Source: an uncultured bacterium | GTDB taxonomy: Bacteria > Verrucomicrobiota > Kiritimatiellia > RFP12 > UBA1067 | DNA: 64,000 nt | Reading direction: 5' to 3' | NCBI GenBank assembly: GCA_902802945.1 | Contig: CADCOC010000016.1 | Coordinates: 10,269-74,268, forward strand | Shown here: positions 10,042 to 18,849 of the stretch, one piece after another | How positions within the stretch are numbered: the stretch's first letter is position 1 | How the letters are laid out: each line of letters begins with the position of its first letter | The notes under the pieces: model-generated | Told to the model about the DNA's origin: nothing | Seen by the model: only the letters and a program-made list of their open reading frames with translations | The model's database searches: none | Made by a program: the position numbers and the translations under genes

Positions 10042-10856
10042 TTATTATCACTCCTTTCCGACGGACGGCTCGGCGAGCCGTCCCTACCAAGTGCCCGCGC
10101 AGCCAAAAGGCCCGTGCCGTGCAGCGTCAGCGTAGGATCTATGGTGAACGGCAGGTCGAGATCCTTCAGCACCCAGGAGGCGTAGCCCCCTGTCGCCACG
10201 AGACGGAAGCGCGAGTCGAACGCGCGCGAAAGATGTTCCACTATCTCGCGCACCATGCCGCGCGCGCCCACCAGCGCGCCGATGCGCATCGCCTCTTCGG
10301 TGGAGCGTCCGATCACGGGGCACTTCCCACCAAGTTTTATCCGAGGCAGTTTCGCCGTGCGCGCGCAAAAGTAGTCGCGCATGAGCGGCAGACCCGGCGC
10401 AATCACGCCGCCACGCCACGTGCAATCGGCCGTCACCGCCGCCGCCGTAAACGCCGTGCCGAAGTCACACACGAGCACCGGCGCGCCATAGCGGTCCACC
10501 GCTGCGGCCGCATCCGCAAGGCGGTCCGCGCCGATGGTCTCGGGTTTCGGGTAGTCGAGCCGCAGGGGAAAATCGCGGTACGTAATGGGAATAAGCGGCT
10601 TTCCGATGCGGCGCGCGAAGGCCCGCCAAGGCGCATCGGCCTTAGGCACCACGCTCACGTATGCGATGGCCTCCGCACAGGGCACAAGGTCTTCAACGAG
10701 TCCTGTGCACCGGTTGAATCCTGTGCGCCGGCATATCATGCCGGCGTTTTCCTCGGCGTTTCCCCAGTCAATATGCTGCACTCTGGTCACGCGGCCGCCG
10801 GACCACAGCCCCACGGCCGTCGACGTGTTGCCAACATCGACGACGACGAGCTTCAT
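10038..10856 (-). CDS. coaX: Type III pantothenate kinase
   Basis: VVDVGNT, IGADRLAD, VCDFGTA, GGVIAPG, VATGG, PTLTLHG. TGATG overlap with the nadC stop. Confidence 0.92.
   Translation of the reverse strand: MKLVVVDVGNTSTAVGLWSGGRVTRVQHIDWGNAEENAGMICRRTGFNRCTGLVEDLVPCAEAIAYVSVVPKADAPWRAFARRIGKPLIPITYRDFPLRLDYPKPETIGADRLADAAAAVDRYGAPVLVCDFGTAFTAAAVTADCTWRGGVIAPGLPLMRDYFCARTAKLPRIKLGGKCPVIGRSTEEAMRIGALVGARGMVREIVEHLSRAFDSRFRLVATGGYASWVLKDLDLPFTIDPTLTLHGTGLLAARALGRDGSPSRPSERSDNK
10063..10088 (-). repeat. GTAG-type REP-like palindrome within the 3' end of coaX
   Basis: Minus strand reads GGTAG-GGACGGCTCG-C-CGAGCCGTCC. Confidence 0.75.
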
Positions 10857-11746
10857 CAGACCGCCTTCCACTCAAGCGAGAGGTCCACGGATCCCGCGCT
10901 GTGCGTGAGGCATCCGAGCGAAATCGCCGTCACGCCCGTGGCGGCCACCTCGCGCGCGCGGTCGAGCGTGATGCCGCCCGACGCCTCGGTTTTCGAAATG
11001 CCCTTGCACATCTTCACGCACTTCTTCATGTCCGCGCAGGACATGTTGTCGAGCATGATCCACTCCGGCTTCGCCTTGAGCGCGCTCGCGCACTCGCGCA
11101 GGCTCTCCACCTCGACCTCGACGGCGAGCTTCGGAAAAGCCTTGCGCGCAGCCACCACGGCCTGATCGAGTTCGTCCGGGTCGCCGCCCTTCCAGAGGCG
11201 GCGGTGGTTGTCCTTCATCAGTACGCGGTCGTACATGCCCATGCGGTGGTTCGTGCCGCCGCCGCAAGTGACGGCGTACTTCTCGAACACACGGAGGCCT
11301 GGCGTGGTCTTGCGCGTATCGAGGATCAGCGTGCCCCAGCGCTTCGTGGCGTCCACGAACTTGCGCGTGAGCGTAGCCGTGGCGCACATCCGCTGCATGA
11401 AGTTGAGCGCGGTGCGCTCGGCCGCGAGGATGCTCTGCGCGCGGCCCTTGAACACGAGGATCGGTTCGCGCGGCTTGACGACGGAGCCATCGGGCTTCAG
11501 GATCCGAACTTGTATCCTCGGGTCGACGGCCTTCATCACGGCCCGCGCAACGGTGGCGCCGGCCACGACGCAGCCCGTCCCCTTCGCGTAGATCTCGCCC
11601 GTCGCCTTCGCGGCGGGGTCCACAAGCGCGAGCGACGTGGCATCGCACCAGGGTTCTGACAAAGCATCCACTGCGCTGGCGAGGTCTTCGTCCAACGCAA
11701 AACGAACGGCCGCGCGTGCGCGGGCCGACTTCATGACGTCCTTCAT
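10856..11746 (-). CDS. nadC: Quinolinate phosphoribosyltransferase
   Basis: ERTALNF, DTRKTTPGLR, GGGTNHRMG, KDNH, EVEVE, IMLDNM, EASGGIT, LTHSA. Confidence 0.96.
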   Translation of the reverse strand: MKDVMKSARARAAVRFALDEDLASAVDALSEPWCDATSLALVDPAAKATGEIYAKGTGCVVAGATVARAVMKAVDPRIQVRILKPDGSVVKPREPILVFKGRAQSILAAERTALNFMQRMCATATLTRKFVDATKRWGTLILDTRKTTPGLRVFEKYAVTCGGGTNHRMGMYDRVLMKDNHRRLWKGGDPDELDQAVVAARKAFPKLAVEVEVESLRECASALKAKPEWIMLDNMSCADMKKCVKMCKGISKTEASGGITLDRAREVAATGVTAISLGCLTHSAGSVDLSLEWKAV

Positions 11747-11759
11747 GGCTGGGAACGCT

Positions 11760-11999
11760 TTAGAAGTCTTTGATCAGTTCCCAGTTCTGGTAGAGGAGCC
11801 AAGCCACTACGCCAAGCATGGCGATGGAGGCAAGCGTGCCGATTAGGGCGCACATCGCTCCCGTCTTGCTTACGCCGGCCGGTCCCTTGGACGCGCCGGC
11901 GTCAATGTCCAGCTTGAAACGGTCCGCAATCACGGCCCCGCCCGTAGGCGCGGCCGGAGCGGTCGTCTCGGCTCCGTCATCTGATTTCTTTAGTTTCAT
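11760..11999 (-). CDS. Small hypothetical membrane protein (79 aa)
   Basis: C-terminal hydrophobic helix. Fits between mnmE and nadC, with a TGCTAAACT -10-like box just upstream. Confidence 0.7.
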   Translation of the reverse strand: MKLKKSDDGAETTAPAAPTGGAVIADRFKLDIDAGASKGPAGVSKTGAMCALIGTLASIAMLGVVAWLLYQNWELIKDF

Positions 12000-12027
12000 G
12001 GCGAGATAAGTTTAGCACATTTCTGGG

Positions 12028-13299
12028 TCATTTGCCAATGCAGAAACGAGAAAATAGAGAATCTAGCAAATCGTCGGCATAGACCTTTCCCGCGAGACGC
12101 CCTAGCGATTCGGCCGCCGCACGGGTACCATTGGCCGCAAGAACAAGGTCCGGCAGTCCCTCTGCCGCGCGCGCAAGCGCCTCCCGCGCCGCGCCGAGCA
12201 GCTCGCCGCGCCGGGCGGACGCCTCCGCCTGCGGCTCGTCGCCGGACGCCGCGCGCGCAGTGAGCCGCGACGCTATCGCCTCCCGCAGCGCGTCCAGTCC
12301 CTCGCCCGTCACGGCACTCACGTTCAGCCCCACGCCGCACCCGAGGTCGCACTTTGAGTGGACGCGCAGCGCCCTTGGTACATCTAAGTCAAGCGCCACC
12401 ACGAGATCCGCGCGCGCGATCAGTTCTTCCGCCCGGTCTACGCCCTCGGCCTCCACGGCGTTCGCCGCACGACGGATTCCCGCCGTGTCCACGAGACGCA
12501 CCGGCCAGCCCCCGACGTCCAGCCACTCCTCGATCGAATCCCGCGTGGTGCCCGCCTCCGCGCTCACGATCGCGCGCTTTTCGCCGAGGAGCGCGTTGAG
12601 GAGCGAGCTTTTCCCCGCGTTCGGCGGACCCGCCAGCACCACGAGCGCGCCCTCTCGCAGAATTTTTCCTTCGCGAAGCCGCTTCTGCTCCAATGCAATG
12701 CGTTCTCCAAGGGCGCCGATGTCGGCTGAGACTTCCTCCACATAACCCGGCGGAAGCTCGTCCTCGCTGAAGTCGAGCGCGTGTTCGATGCGGCTGGAAA
12801 TGTCGAGCGCCGCGGCGTAGAGATCGGCGTCCGCGCGCGCCGCTGCACCGCCGAGACGCGCCACGGCGTCATCGGCCGCGCGGTCGGTCTTGGCGTCCAC
12901 GAGGTCGATCACCGCCTCGGCTTCGGAGATGTCGAGGCGTCCATTCAGGAACGCACGCTGCGTGAACTCCCCGCGCCGCGCGAGACGCGCGCCGCACGCA
13001 AGACAGGCGGAAAGCACGCGGCGGGGTGCCACCACGCCGCCATGCGTCTGGAACTCCACTACGTCCTCGCCCGTGTAGCTCGCAGGCGCCTTGAAGACGA
13101 GCACGAGACCGTCGTCGAGGACCTTGCCGCCGTGGCGGAGCGTTGCGTGGAAGAAGCGTCCTGCGCGCGCGGCGTCCACGCGCCGGCCCGTCAGCGTCGA
13201 TGCAATCTCAAACGCGTCCGGACCGCTTACGCGCACCACGGCCACGCCGCCGCGTCCGGGCGCGGTGGCCACCGCCGCAATCGTAGACGACTCGTCCAT
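12028..13299 (-). CDS. mnmE: tRNA modification GTPase
   Basis: AVATAPG, SYTGEDVVEFQTHGG, GEFTQRAFLNG, GPPNAGKSSL, GTTRD, DTAGIR, C-terminal FSRFCIGK. Confidence 0.96.
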   Translation of the reverse strand: MDESSTIAAVATAPGRGGVAVVRVSGPDAFEIASTLTGRRVDAARAGRFFHATLRHGGKVLDDGLVLVFKAPASYTGEDVVEFQTHGGVVAPRRVLSACLACGARLARRGEFTQRAFLNGRLDISEAEAVIDLVDAKTDRAADDAVARLGGAAARADADLYAAALDISSRIEHALDFSEDELPPGYVEEVSADIGALGERIALEQKRLREGKILREGALVVLAGPPNAGKSSLLNALLGEKRAIVSAEAGTTRDSIEEWLDVGGWPVRLVDTAGIRRAANAVEAEGVDRAEELIARADLVVALDLDVPRALRVHSKCDLGCGVGLNVSAVTGEGLDALREAIASRLTARAASGDEPQAEASARRGELLGAAREALARAAEGLPDLVLAANGTRAAAESLGRLAGKVYADDLLDSLFSRFCIGK

Positions 13300-13312
13300 G
13301 CCGGAGCGCCCG

Positions 13313-14122
13313 TTAGCTGTGCTCCTCCTCCTTGAGGATGTCGAGCACGTAGTTCGGGAGCGCGAACGCGCCGCGGTGGAGCGCGGTGTTGTAGTAGCGC
13401 GTGTTGATGCGCAGCTTGTTCCAGCGCGCCTCGTTGAGGTCGCCGATCGGGTGGTACTTCTTGGAGGCGAAACCGAAGAGCCAGTGTCCCGACGGGTAGC
13501 TCGGGATATGGCACTGGTAGACCGTCGAGAGCGGAAACTCCACGGCGATGTGGCGGTGGGCGTCGCGCACGGACTTCTGGTGCGCGGCGTAGAACGGCGA
13601 CTCGTGCTGGTTGATGAGGATGCCGTCGTCGCGGAGCGCCTTGAAGCACGTGCCGTAGAACTCGCGCGTGAAGAAGCCCTCGGCGGGGCCGTAGGGGTCG
13701 GAGGAGTCCACGATGATGAGGTCGTACTCCGCCTTCTTGCCGCGCACGTAGCGGAGCCCCTCCTCGAACCACACCCGCACGCGCTTGTCCTTGAGCTTGG
13801 CGGACGTGAACGGCAGGTATTTCTTCGCGAGCAGGACGACGTGCTTGTCGACTTCCACGAGGTCGATGGACTCGATCGACCGGTACTTCGTGAGCTCGCG
13901 CACGGTGCCGCCGTCGCCGCCGCCGATCACGAGCACGTTCTTCACGCGCGGATGGACGGCCATCGGCACGTGCGTGATCATCTCGTGGTAGATGAACTCG
14001 TCCTTCTCGGTGATCATTAGGCCGCCGTCGAGGACGAGCACGCGCCCGTAGGCGGACGTGTCGAAGATGTCGATCTGCTGCACGGCGCTCTTCTTCGAGG
14101 CGATCTGCTCGACCACCTTCAT
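13313..14122 (-). CDS. speE: Spermidine synthase (polyamine aminopropyltransferase)
   Basis: LVLDG, DEFIYHEMITHV, VLVIGGGDGG, DLIIVDSSDP, YPSGHWLF. Start placed at MKVVEQ after the speA stop. Confidence 0.92.
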   Translation of the reverse strand: MKVVEQIASKKSAVQQIDIFDTSAYGRVLVLDGGLMITEKDEFIYHEMITHVPMAVHPRVKNVLVIGGGDGGTVRELTKYRSIESIDLVEVDKHVVLLAKKYLPFTSAKLKDKRVRVWFEEGLRYVRGKKAEYDLIIVDSSDPYGPAEGFFTREFYGTCFKALRDDGILINQHESPFYAAHQKSVRDAHRHIAVEFPLSTVYQCHIPSYPSGHWLFGFASKKYHPIGDLNEARWNKLRINTRYYNTALHRGAFALPNYVLDILKEEEHS

Positions 14123-14136
14123 GCATCGCAGGCCTC

Positions 14137-15618
14137 CTACGCAAGCACGTTGATGTATTCGAGGTTCATGTCCTCGGTACCGGTCATGAAGCATCCCTTC
14201 TCTTTTGCGAAGAGGATGTGCTCCAGCACGTCCGGCGTGATCCGCTCGCCGGGGGCCACGATCGGGATGCCGGGCGGGTAGCTCATCACGAACTCACCGG
14301 CGACGAGTCCGGTGGACTCCTTCATCGGCACGCGCCGTTTCTTCGCGTAGAAGGCTGTCTGCGGCGGCAACGCGATCACGGGGTCGATGTATTCGTGGTC
14401 GAAGAGGCCGATCGGGCTCTTCTCGCGCAGACGCTTGATTTCCTCGAGGGCGGAGATGAGGCGCTCCACGTCCATCATGCGGTCGCCCGCCGAGAGGATC
14501 GCGAGGAGGTTGCCGACGTCGCCGAACTCGATCTGGATGCCGTAGTCGTCGCGGAGATGGTCGTACACCTCGATGCCGGCGAGGCCGATGTCGCGGGTAT
14601 GGACGGAAAGCTTCGTGCGGTCGAACGCGAACACGGCGTCGCCGTCGATGAGTTCCGGCCCGAAGGCGTAGTAGCCGCCGAGCTCGTTGATCTCCACGCG
14701 CGCGTAGTCGGCGAAGTCCATCGTCTTCTGGTACATCTCGCGTCCGCGGAAAAAGAGGTTTTTGCGCGCGATGTCGAGCGAGGAGAGGAGCAGGTAGGAA
14801 GCGGAGGTGGACTGCGTGAGCGTGATCACCTGGCGCACGTAGTCGGGGTTCACGGGACGGCGCGTGAGCAGTACGGAGCTCTGCGTGAGCGAGCCGCCGG
14901 TCTTGTGGATGGACGCGGCGGTCATGTCGCAGCCGGCCGCCATCGCGGAAACGGGCAGCTCCTCGTGGAAGTAGAAGTGCGTACCGTGCGCCTCATCCGC
15001 CAAAACGCGCATCCCCGCCGCGTGGGCAAGCTTCACGATCTCCACGAGGTTCGAGCAGATGCCGTAGTAGGTGGGGTTGTTCACGAGCACAGCCTTCGCG
15101 GAGGGATGTTCCGCGATCGCCTTCGCCACGTCCTCGACGCGCATCCCGAGCGGGATGCCGAGGCGCTTGTCCGTGCCGGGGTTCACGTACACGGGAATCG
15201 CGCCGCACACCACGAGCGCGTTGATCGCGCTGCGGTGGACGTTGCGGGGGAGGATGATCTCGTCGCCCGCCGTACACGTGGCCATGATCATCGCCTGCAC
15301 GGCGGACGTTGTGCCGTTCACCATGAAGAACGCGTCGTCCGCGCCGAACGCCTCGGCCGCGAGACGCTGCGCGTCGCGGATCACCGAGACGGGGTGTCCG
15401 AGGTTGTCAAGCGGCTTCATGGAGTTGACGTCCATCGCCATCGCGCGTTTGCCGAGGTATTCGGTCAGCTCGGGGTTGCCGCGTCCGCTCTTGTGCGCGG
15501 GCACGTCGAAGTGCGCGAGGCGGTTGATCCGCTGCGCGTCAAGCGCATCGGCGAGCGGCGTCGCCCGCTGGCGCGCCGTCCGTGCGTCTTCCGTCCTCGA
15601 AGGTACGGTTCTTGCCAT
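14137..15618 (-). CDS. speA: Arginine/lysine/ornithine decarboxylase (PLP fold I)
   Basis: FDVPAHK, FMVNGTT, PRNVHRS, NPTYYG, DEAHG, SIHKTGGSLTQSS, YPPGIP. Substrate inferred from the speE context. Confidence 0.85.
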   Translation of the reverse strand: MARTVPSRTEDARTARQRATPLADALDAQRINRLAHFDVPAHKSGRGNPELTEYLGKRAMAMDVNSMKPLDNLGHPVSVIRDAQRLAAEAFGADDAFFMVNGTTSAVQAMIMATCTAGDEIILPRNVHRSAINALVVCGAIPVYVNPGTDKRLGIPLGMRVEDVAKAIAEHPSAKAVLVNNPTYYGICSNLVEIVKLAHAAGMRVLADEAHGTHFYFHEELPVSAMAAGCDMTAASIHKTGGSLTQSSVLLTRRPVNPDYVRQVITLTQSTSASYLLLSSLDIARKNLFFRGREMYQKTMDFADYARVEINELGGYYAFGPELIDGDAVFAFDRTKLSVHTRDIGLAGIEVYDHLRDDYGIQIEFGDVGNLLAILSAGDRMMDVERLISALEEIKRLREKSPIGLFDHEYIDPVIALPPQTAFYAKKRRVPMKESTGLVAGEFVMSYPPGIPIVAPGERITPDVLEHILFAKEKGCFMTGTEDMNLEYINVLA

Positions 15619-15650
15619 TTAATTGACCACCTTTTAAGTGTATGAACCTT

Positions 15651-15676
15651 GGTAGGGCGCGCTCGCCGAGCGCGCC
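15651..15676 (+). repeat. GTAG-type REP-like palindrome in the speA leader
   Basis: GGTAG-GGCGCGCTC-GCC-GAGCGCGCC. Confidence 0.75.
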
Positions 15677-15725
15677 GAACAGCCTGAATCCCATACTCCA
15701 CGCGGAGCGGGTCAAAAGCGCGGAG

Positions 15726-15753
15726 ATTATACCAAACTACGTGGGAAAATCAA
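15726..15753 (-). promoter_or_regulatory. Sigma70-type promoter for speA-speE-mnmE
   Basis: TTGATT-N16-TATAAT with a TG extension. Confidence 0.6.
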
Positions 15754-15755
15754 CG

Positions 15756-15793
15756 GGGAAAAACGAAACCCCGAAATCATTTGATTTCGGGGT
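15756..15793 (-). terminator. Intrinsic terminator after the tRNA
   Basis: ACCCCGAAATCA/TGATTTCGGGGT stem followed by a T-rich tract on the - strand. Confidence 0.7.
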
Positions 15794-15800
15794 CGTGTAT

Positions 15801-15877
15801 TGGTGCGACTGACTGGGATCGAACCAGCAACCTTCGGCTTCGGAGGCCAACGCTCTATCCAGTTGAGCTACAGTCGC
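15801..15877 (-). tRNA. tRNA-Arg (anticodon CCG)
   Basis: GCGACTG acceptor stem, TAGCTCAACTGGATAGAGC D-arm, CT-CCG-AA anticodon loop, GGTTCGATCCC T-arm, encoded CCA. 77 nt. Confidence 0.96.
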
Positions 15878-15904
15878 ATTGCTGCGACCAAGAGGCCGTG
15901 CCGA

Positions 15905-16651
15905 TCAATCGCCGAACGGGAAGTAGCAGTTGAAGATCGGGAGGAACGGAACCTGGTTGTCCATGATGAGGTTCACGAGACCGATCTGGAAACCTGCCGA
16001 GCAAGTGGCCGCATAGTTGACGATGCCGATCTGCGCACCGCGGAGCTCGTCCGTCATGTTGCAGATGCCGACCGTCTGGAAGCCATGCACGCGGCGGGCG
16101 AAGTTCGCGCCAAGCGCAACCTGCCAACCCCACATGTCCTCGCGCACCCCGCTGCCGAGACCCGCGATGGAGAGTCCGTAGAGAGACCTGTCGGTCATCG
16201 ACATGAGACCGTCGACGCGGAGGCCGAGGAAGTCGCGGTTCATGCTGAACGCATCAATCGTGAGACCATAGGCCGTGCGGTTGCACAGCGTGACCGCCGC
16301 AACCTGCGCGCCGATCGCGTCGCGGTTCGCGTAGCAGAAGCCAAGCGCCGCCTGCAGGCCGATCATGTCGAGGCGCGCCGTGTCGCCCACGCCCGCAGCC
16401 TCAATGCCGTACATCTTGTTGCAGTCGCTGTACGCGAAGTTGGCGTTCAGGCCGAACACGTCCCAGTCGAAGTCCCACGGCAGGGAGACCGGCGTTGCAA
16501 GGCCAATCATCAAAACGGTGTAGCCATAGCTCTTAGGGTCCGGCGCGCCGGCATACTCACGTTCCTGTTCCTGCGCGAGGACAGGCTGGGCGGCCAGCGC
16601 GGCGAGCGCGCCTGCAAACAGACCACACTTCACGATACGGTTCATTTTCAT
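15905..16651 (-). CDS. Exported protein with GxQ-hydrophobic repeats (LA_2272-like surface repeat family)
   Basis: Signal peptide. Repeats GLQAALG, GAQVA, GWQVALG, GFQTVG, GAQIGIVN, GFQIGLVN. Confidence 0.75.
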   Translation of the reverse strand: MKMNRIVKCGLFAGALAALAAQPVLAQEQEREYAGAPDPKSYGYTVLMIGLATPVSLPWDFDWDVFGLNANFAYSDCNKMYGIEAAGVGDTARLDMIGLQAALGFCYANRDAIGAQVAAVTLCNRTAYGLTIDAFSMNRDFLGLRVDGLMSMTDRSLYGLSIAGLGSGVREDMWGWQVALGANFARRVHGFQTVGICNMTDELRGAQIGIVNYAATCSAGFQIGLVNLIMDNQVPFLPIFNCYFPFGD

Positions 16652-16760
16652 TGCTCCTTATTGATTTCTGAAATCGGTGAAACGGCATTATGATACCGAA
16701 TATTGGCCGCATAGTCAATCCCGAAATGGTGAAATTATCATTTCTCTTTTGCGGCGTGTT

Positions 16761-17141
16761 TCAGGCCGAGTGCCGACAGACCCAGACGAGCAGGTCGTCG
16801 TAGCGCAGGCGGCGGTTCGCGAGAGCGCGCGCCGCCACGACGACTTCGTCGGACGGAGCGTCCACGGAAAGCCCGTTTGCCTCAAGGAAAACAAGCATGA
16901 CAGCCATCGCCATGCGCGCGCCGTCCGCGCCGAACACGCGCTTCGCCGCGAGCTCGTGCCCGAGCTTCGCCGCCTTCTCCTCGCGCGTCGGGAAAACGTC
17001 CGCGCCGTCCGCGCCGCGCGCGAACGGCGCCGCGAGCGCGGTCTCGAGCGCGGCGGCGTCCGGCGACGGCGACTCCACCCCGGTGCGCTTCGCCACCGCT
17101 TTCTGCAGCGCAAGCACCTTGTCTTTCGTGAGACGCGTCAT
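16761..17141 (-). CDS. Doc/Fic-family toxin homolog with a degenerate catalytic motif
   Basis: LETALAAPF, FPTREEKAAKLG, MLVFLEANG match the Doc scaffold. The Fic motif position reads KRVFGADGAR. ATGA overlap with the antitoxin. Confidence 0.75.
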   Translation of the reverse strand: MTRLTKDKVLALQKAVAKRTGVESPSPDAAALETALAAPFARGADGADVFPTREEKAAKLGHELAAKRVFGADGARMAMAVMLVFLEANGLSVDAPSDEVVVAARALANRRLRYDDLLVWVCRHSA

Positions 17142-17377
17142 GCCGAAAGTCCCTCCAAAGCGGCGCGGTGGCGCTTCAGCACGCGACGCACCGCCACGTC
17201 CACGCGCTCGTCGTCCGTGAGGTCGAGCGGACACGACTCGACGCCGTACATCACGTATGCCGGACGGTTGTTGCGGAATATGAGCACACGCCCACGCGCG
17301 TCCACCTTTCGCGCGACGGACGAGAAGTTCTGGTTGGCCTCCGTGACGGAGACGATCTGCCCTGTGGATACTTCCAT
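17138..17377 (-). CDS. Phd/YefM-family antitoxin
   Basis: IVSVTEANQNFSSVARKVD..G.VLIFRNNRPAYV. Lies directly upstream of the Doc homolog. Confidence 0.88.
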   Translation of the reverse strand: MEVSTGQIVSVTEANQNFSSVARKVDARGRVLIFRNNRPAYVMYGVESCPLDLTDDERVDVAVRRVLKRHRAALEGLSA

Positions 17378-17412
17378 CGGCCACTCACCTTTTCGCTAGT
17401 TGTTCCATGCGG

Positions 17413-18843
17413 CTAGTATACCAAATCCTTCCCCCTTCGTGAACGGCCTACGCGCGCGAGGAAGCGCGCGTGGGCAAGGAACGACGGGACGGTCGCAAGA
17501 CACGCCAGCACGTCCGAGATCGGCATTGACAACCAGATCGCCGTAGCTGGCGCGCAGATGCCCGTGAGGCGCGCAAGGTACGGCAGCAGCCAGATGCACG
17601 GGATGAGGCATACGACCTGACGCAGCAGCGAAAGGAGAATGGCAGTGCGTGGCCTGCCCACGGACTGGAAGTACGTGGACGCCACGACGTTCAGACCGAT
17701 GCACCATAGCATGCAATTGGAGACGCGCAGGTCTCCTGCCGCCAGTCGGATGAACTCCGCGTCCGCACCATCCGTGAACAGCCTCACGATCGGCACGGGA
17801 GCAAGCACCTCCACGGCGGCCGCGAACGTCACGACGGCCGTGGACGTCCACAGCCCGAGGAAGAGAGCCTCTCGCACACGGCGGAAGTTCCGCGCGCCCC
17901 AGTTGTAGCCCATCACCGACGCAATGCCCTGCTGTACGCCCATGAGCGGCATGACGAAGAACATCGTCACCATCTGGAAGATGCCGAGCGATGCAACCTG
18001 CGCGGTGGCGGACGCCTCGTCCGCCGCCCAGTACGCGAACGCGAGCTGGAGCGACACGTTCACGAGGCTTCCCGCCAGCTGCTGCAGCGCCGGCGAAAGG
18101 CCGATGCCGCACGCCTTCGCGAGATAGGCGCGGTAGATGCCGATCCTGCGCCACCGCAGACGCACGGCGCTGTGGCCCGGCCTGTAATGCCAGAGAGCCC
18201 ACGCGCACGAACACGCCATCGCGATGTTTGTGGCCCACGCCGCACCAGCCACGCCCATGTCGAAGGCAAAGATGAAGATCGGATCAAGCACGAGGTTCAC
18301 GCCGAAACCGACCACCATGCAAATCATCGACGGCACCACGGCCCCCTCGCTGCGCATCGTGGCGGAAAGGCCAAAGGCGATATGGGCAAAAAGGTGCGAG
18401 AAGACGACGAGGCGCAGGTACGTCTTCGCCATCTCGAAGGCGCCTGCCGTCACGGACGCGCCGCCCGACAAGCGCAGGATCGGATCGATGAAAATGAATA
18501 CGAGTGGCGGCAGGATGAAGAAGAAGAGGAGCTTCAGAGCAATCAGTTCGCCAAGTATCTTCTCGCACGCAGTGCGGTCACCCTCGCCCAACTTAATGGA
18601 CAGGACGGCCGCGTGCCCCGCCCCCACGAACACGCCGAACGCGCCAAATATCATCATCACGGGAAAGACGAGCGTGAGGCCAGCCATCGCGTCCTGTCCG
18701 CACCCCTGCCCGATGTAGATGCGGTCGACGATCGAGTAAAGCGCGCTCAGCGTCATCGAGACGAGCGCAGGCCACGAGAAGCGCATGATAAGACGCCCCA
18801 GCGGGGCGTCCGCCAGTTCCTTAAGCCTCTCGTTAGGCTTCAT
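17413..18843 (-). CDS. MATE family efflux transporter
   Basis: LYSIVDRIYIG, NLVLDPIFIF..GVAGAAWAT, GYNWGA, about 12 hydrophobic helices. Confidence 0.92.
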   Translation of the reverse strand: MKPNERLKELADAPLGRLIMRFSWPALVSMTLSALYSIVDRIYIGQGCGQDAMAGLTLVFPVMMIFGAFGVFVGAGHAAVLSIKLGEGDRTACEKILGELIALKLLFFFILPPLVFIFIDPILRLSGGASVTAGAFEMAKTYLRLVVFSHLFAHIAFGLSATMRSEGAVVPSMICMVVGFGVNLVLDPIFIFAFDMGVAGAAWATNIAMACSCAWALWHYRPGHSAVRLRWRRIGIYRAYLAKACGIGLSPALQQLAGSLVNVSLQLAFAYWAADEASATAQVASLGIFQMVTMFFVMPLMGVQQGIASVMGYNWGARNFRRVREALFLGLWTSTAVVTFAAAVEVLAPVPIVRLFTDGADAEFIRLAAGDLRVSNCMLWCIGLNVVASTYFQSVGRPRTAILLSLLRQVVCLIPCIWLLPYLARLTGICAPATAIWLSMPISDVLACLATVPSFLAHARFLARVGRSRRGKDLVY

Positions 18844-18849
18844 GCTGCG

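Noticed and set aside
15801-17377. tRNA-anchored genomic island or prophage
   Set aside because: There is no integrase or phage gene, and I saw no duplicated tRNA 3' end.
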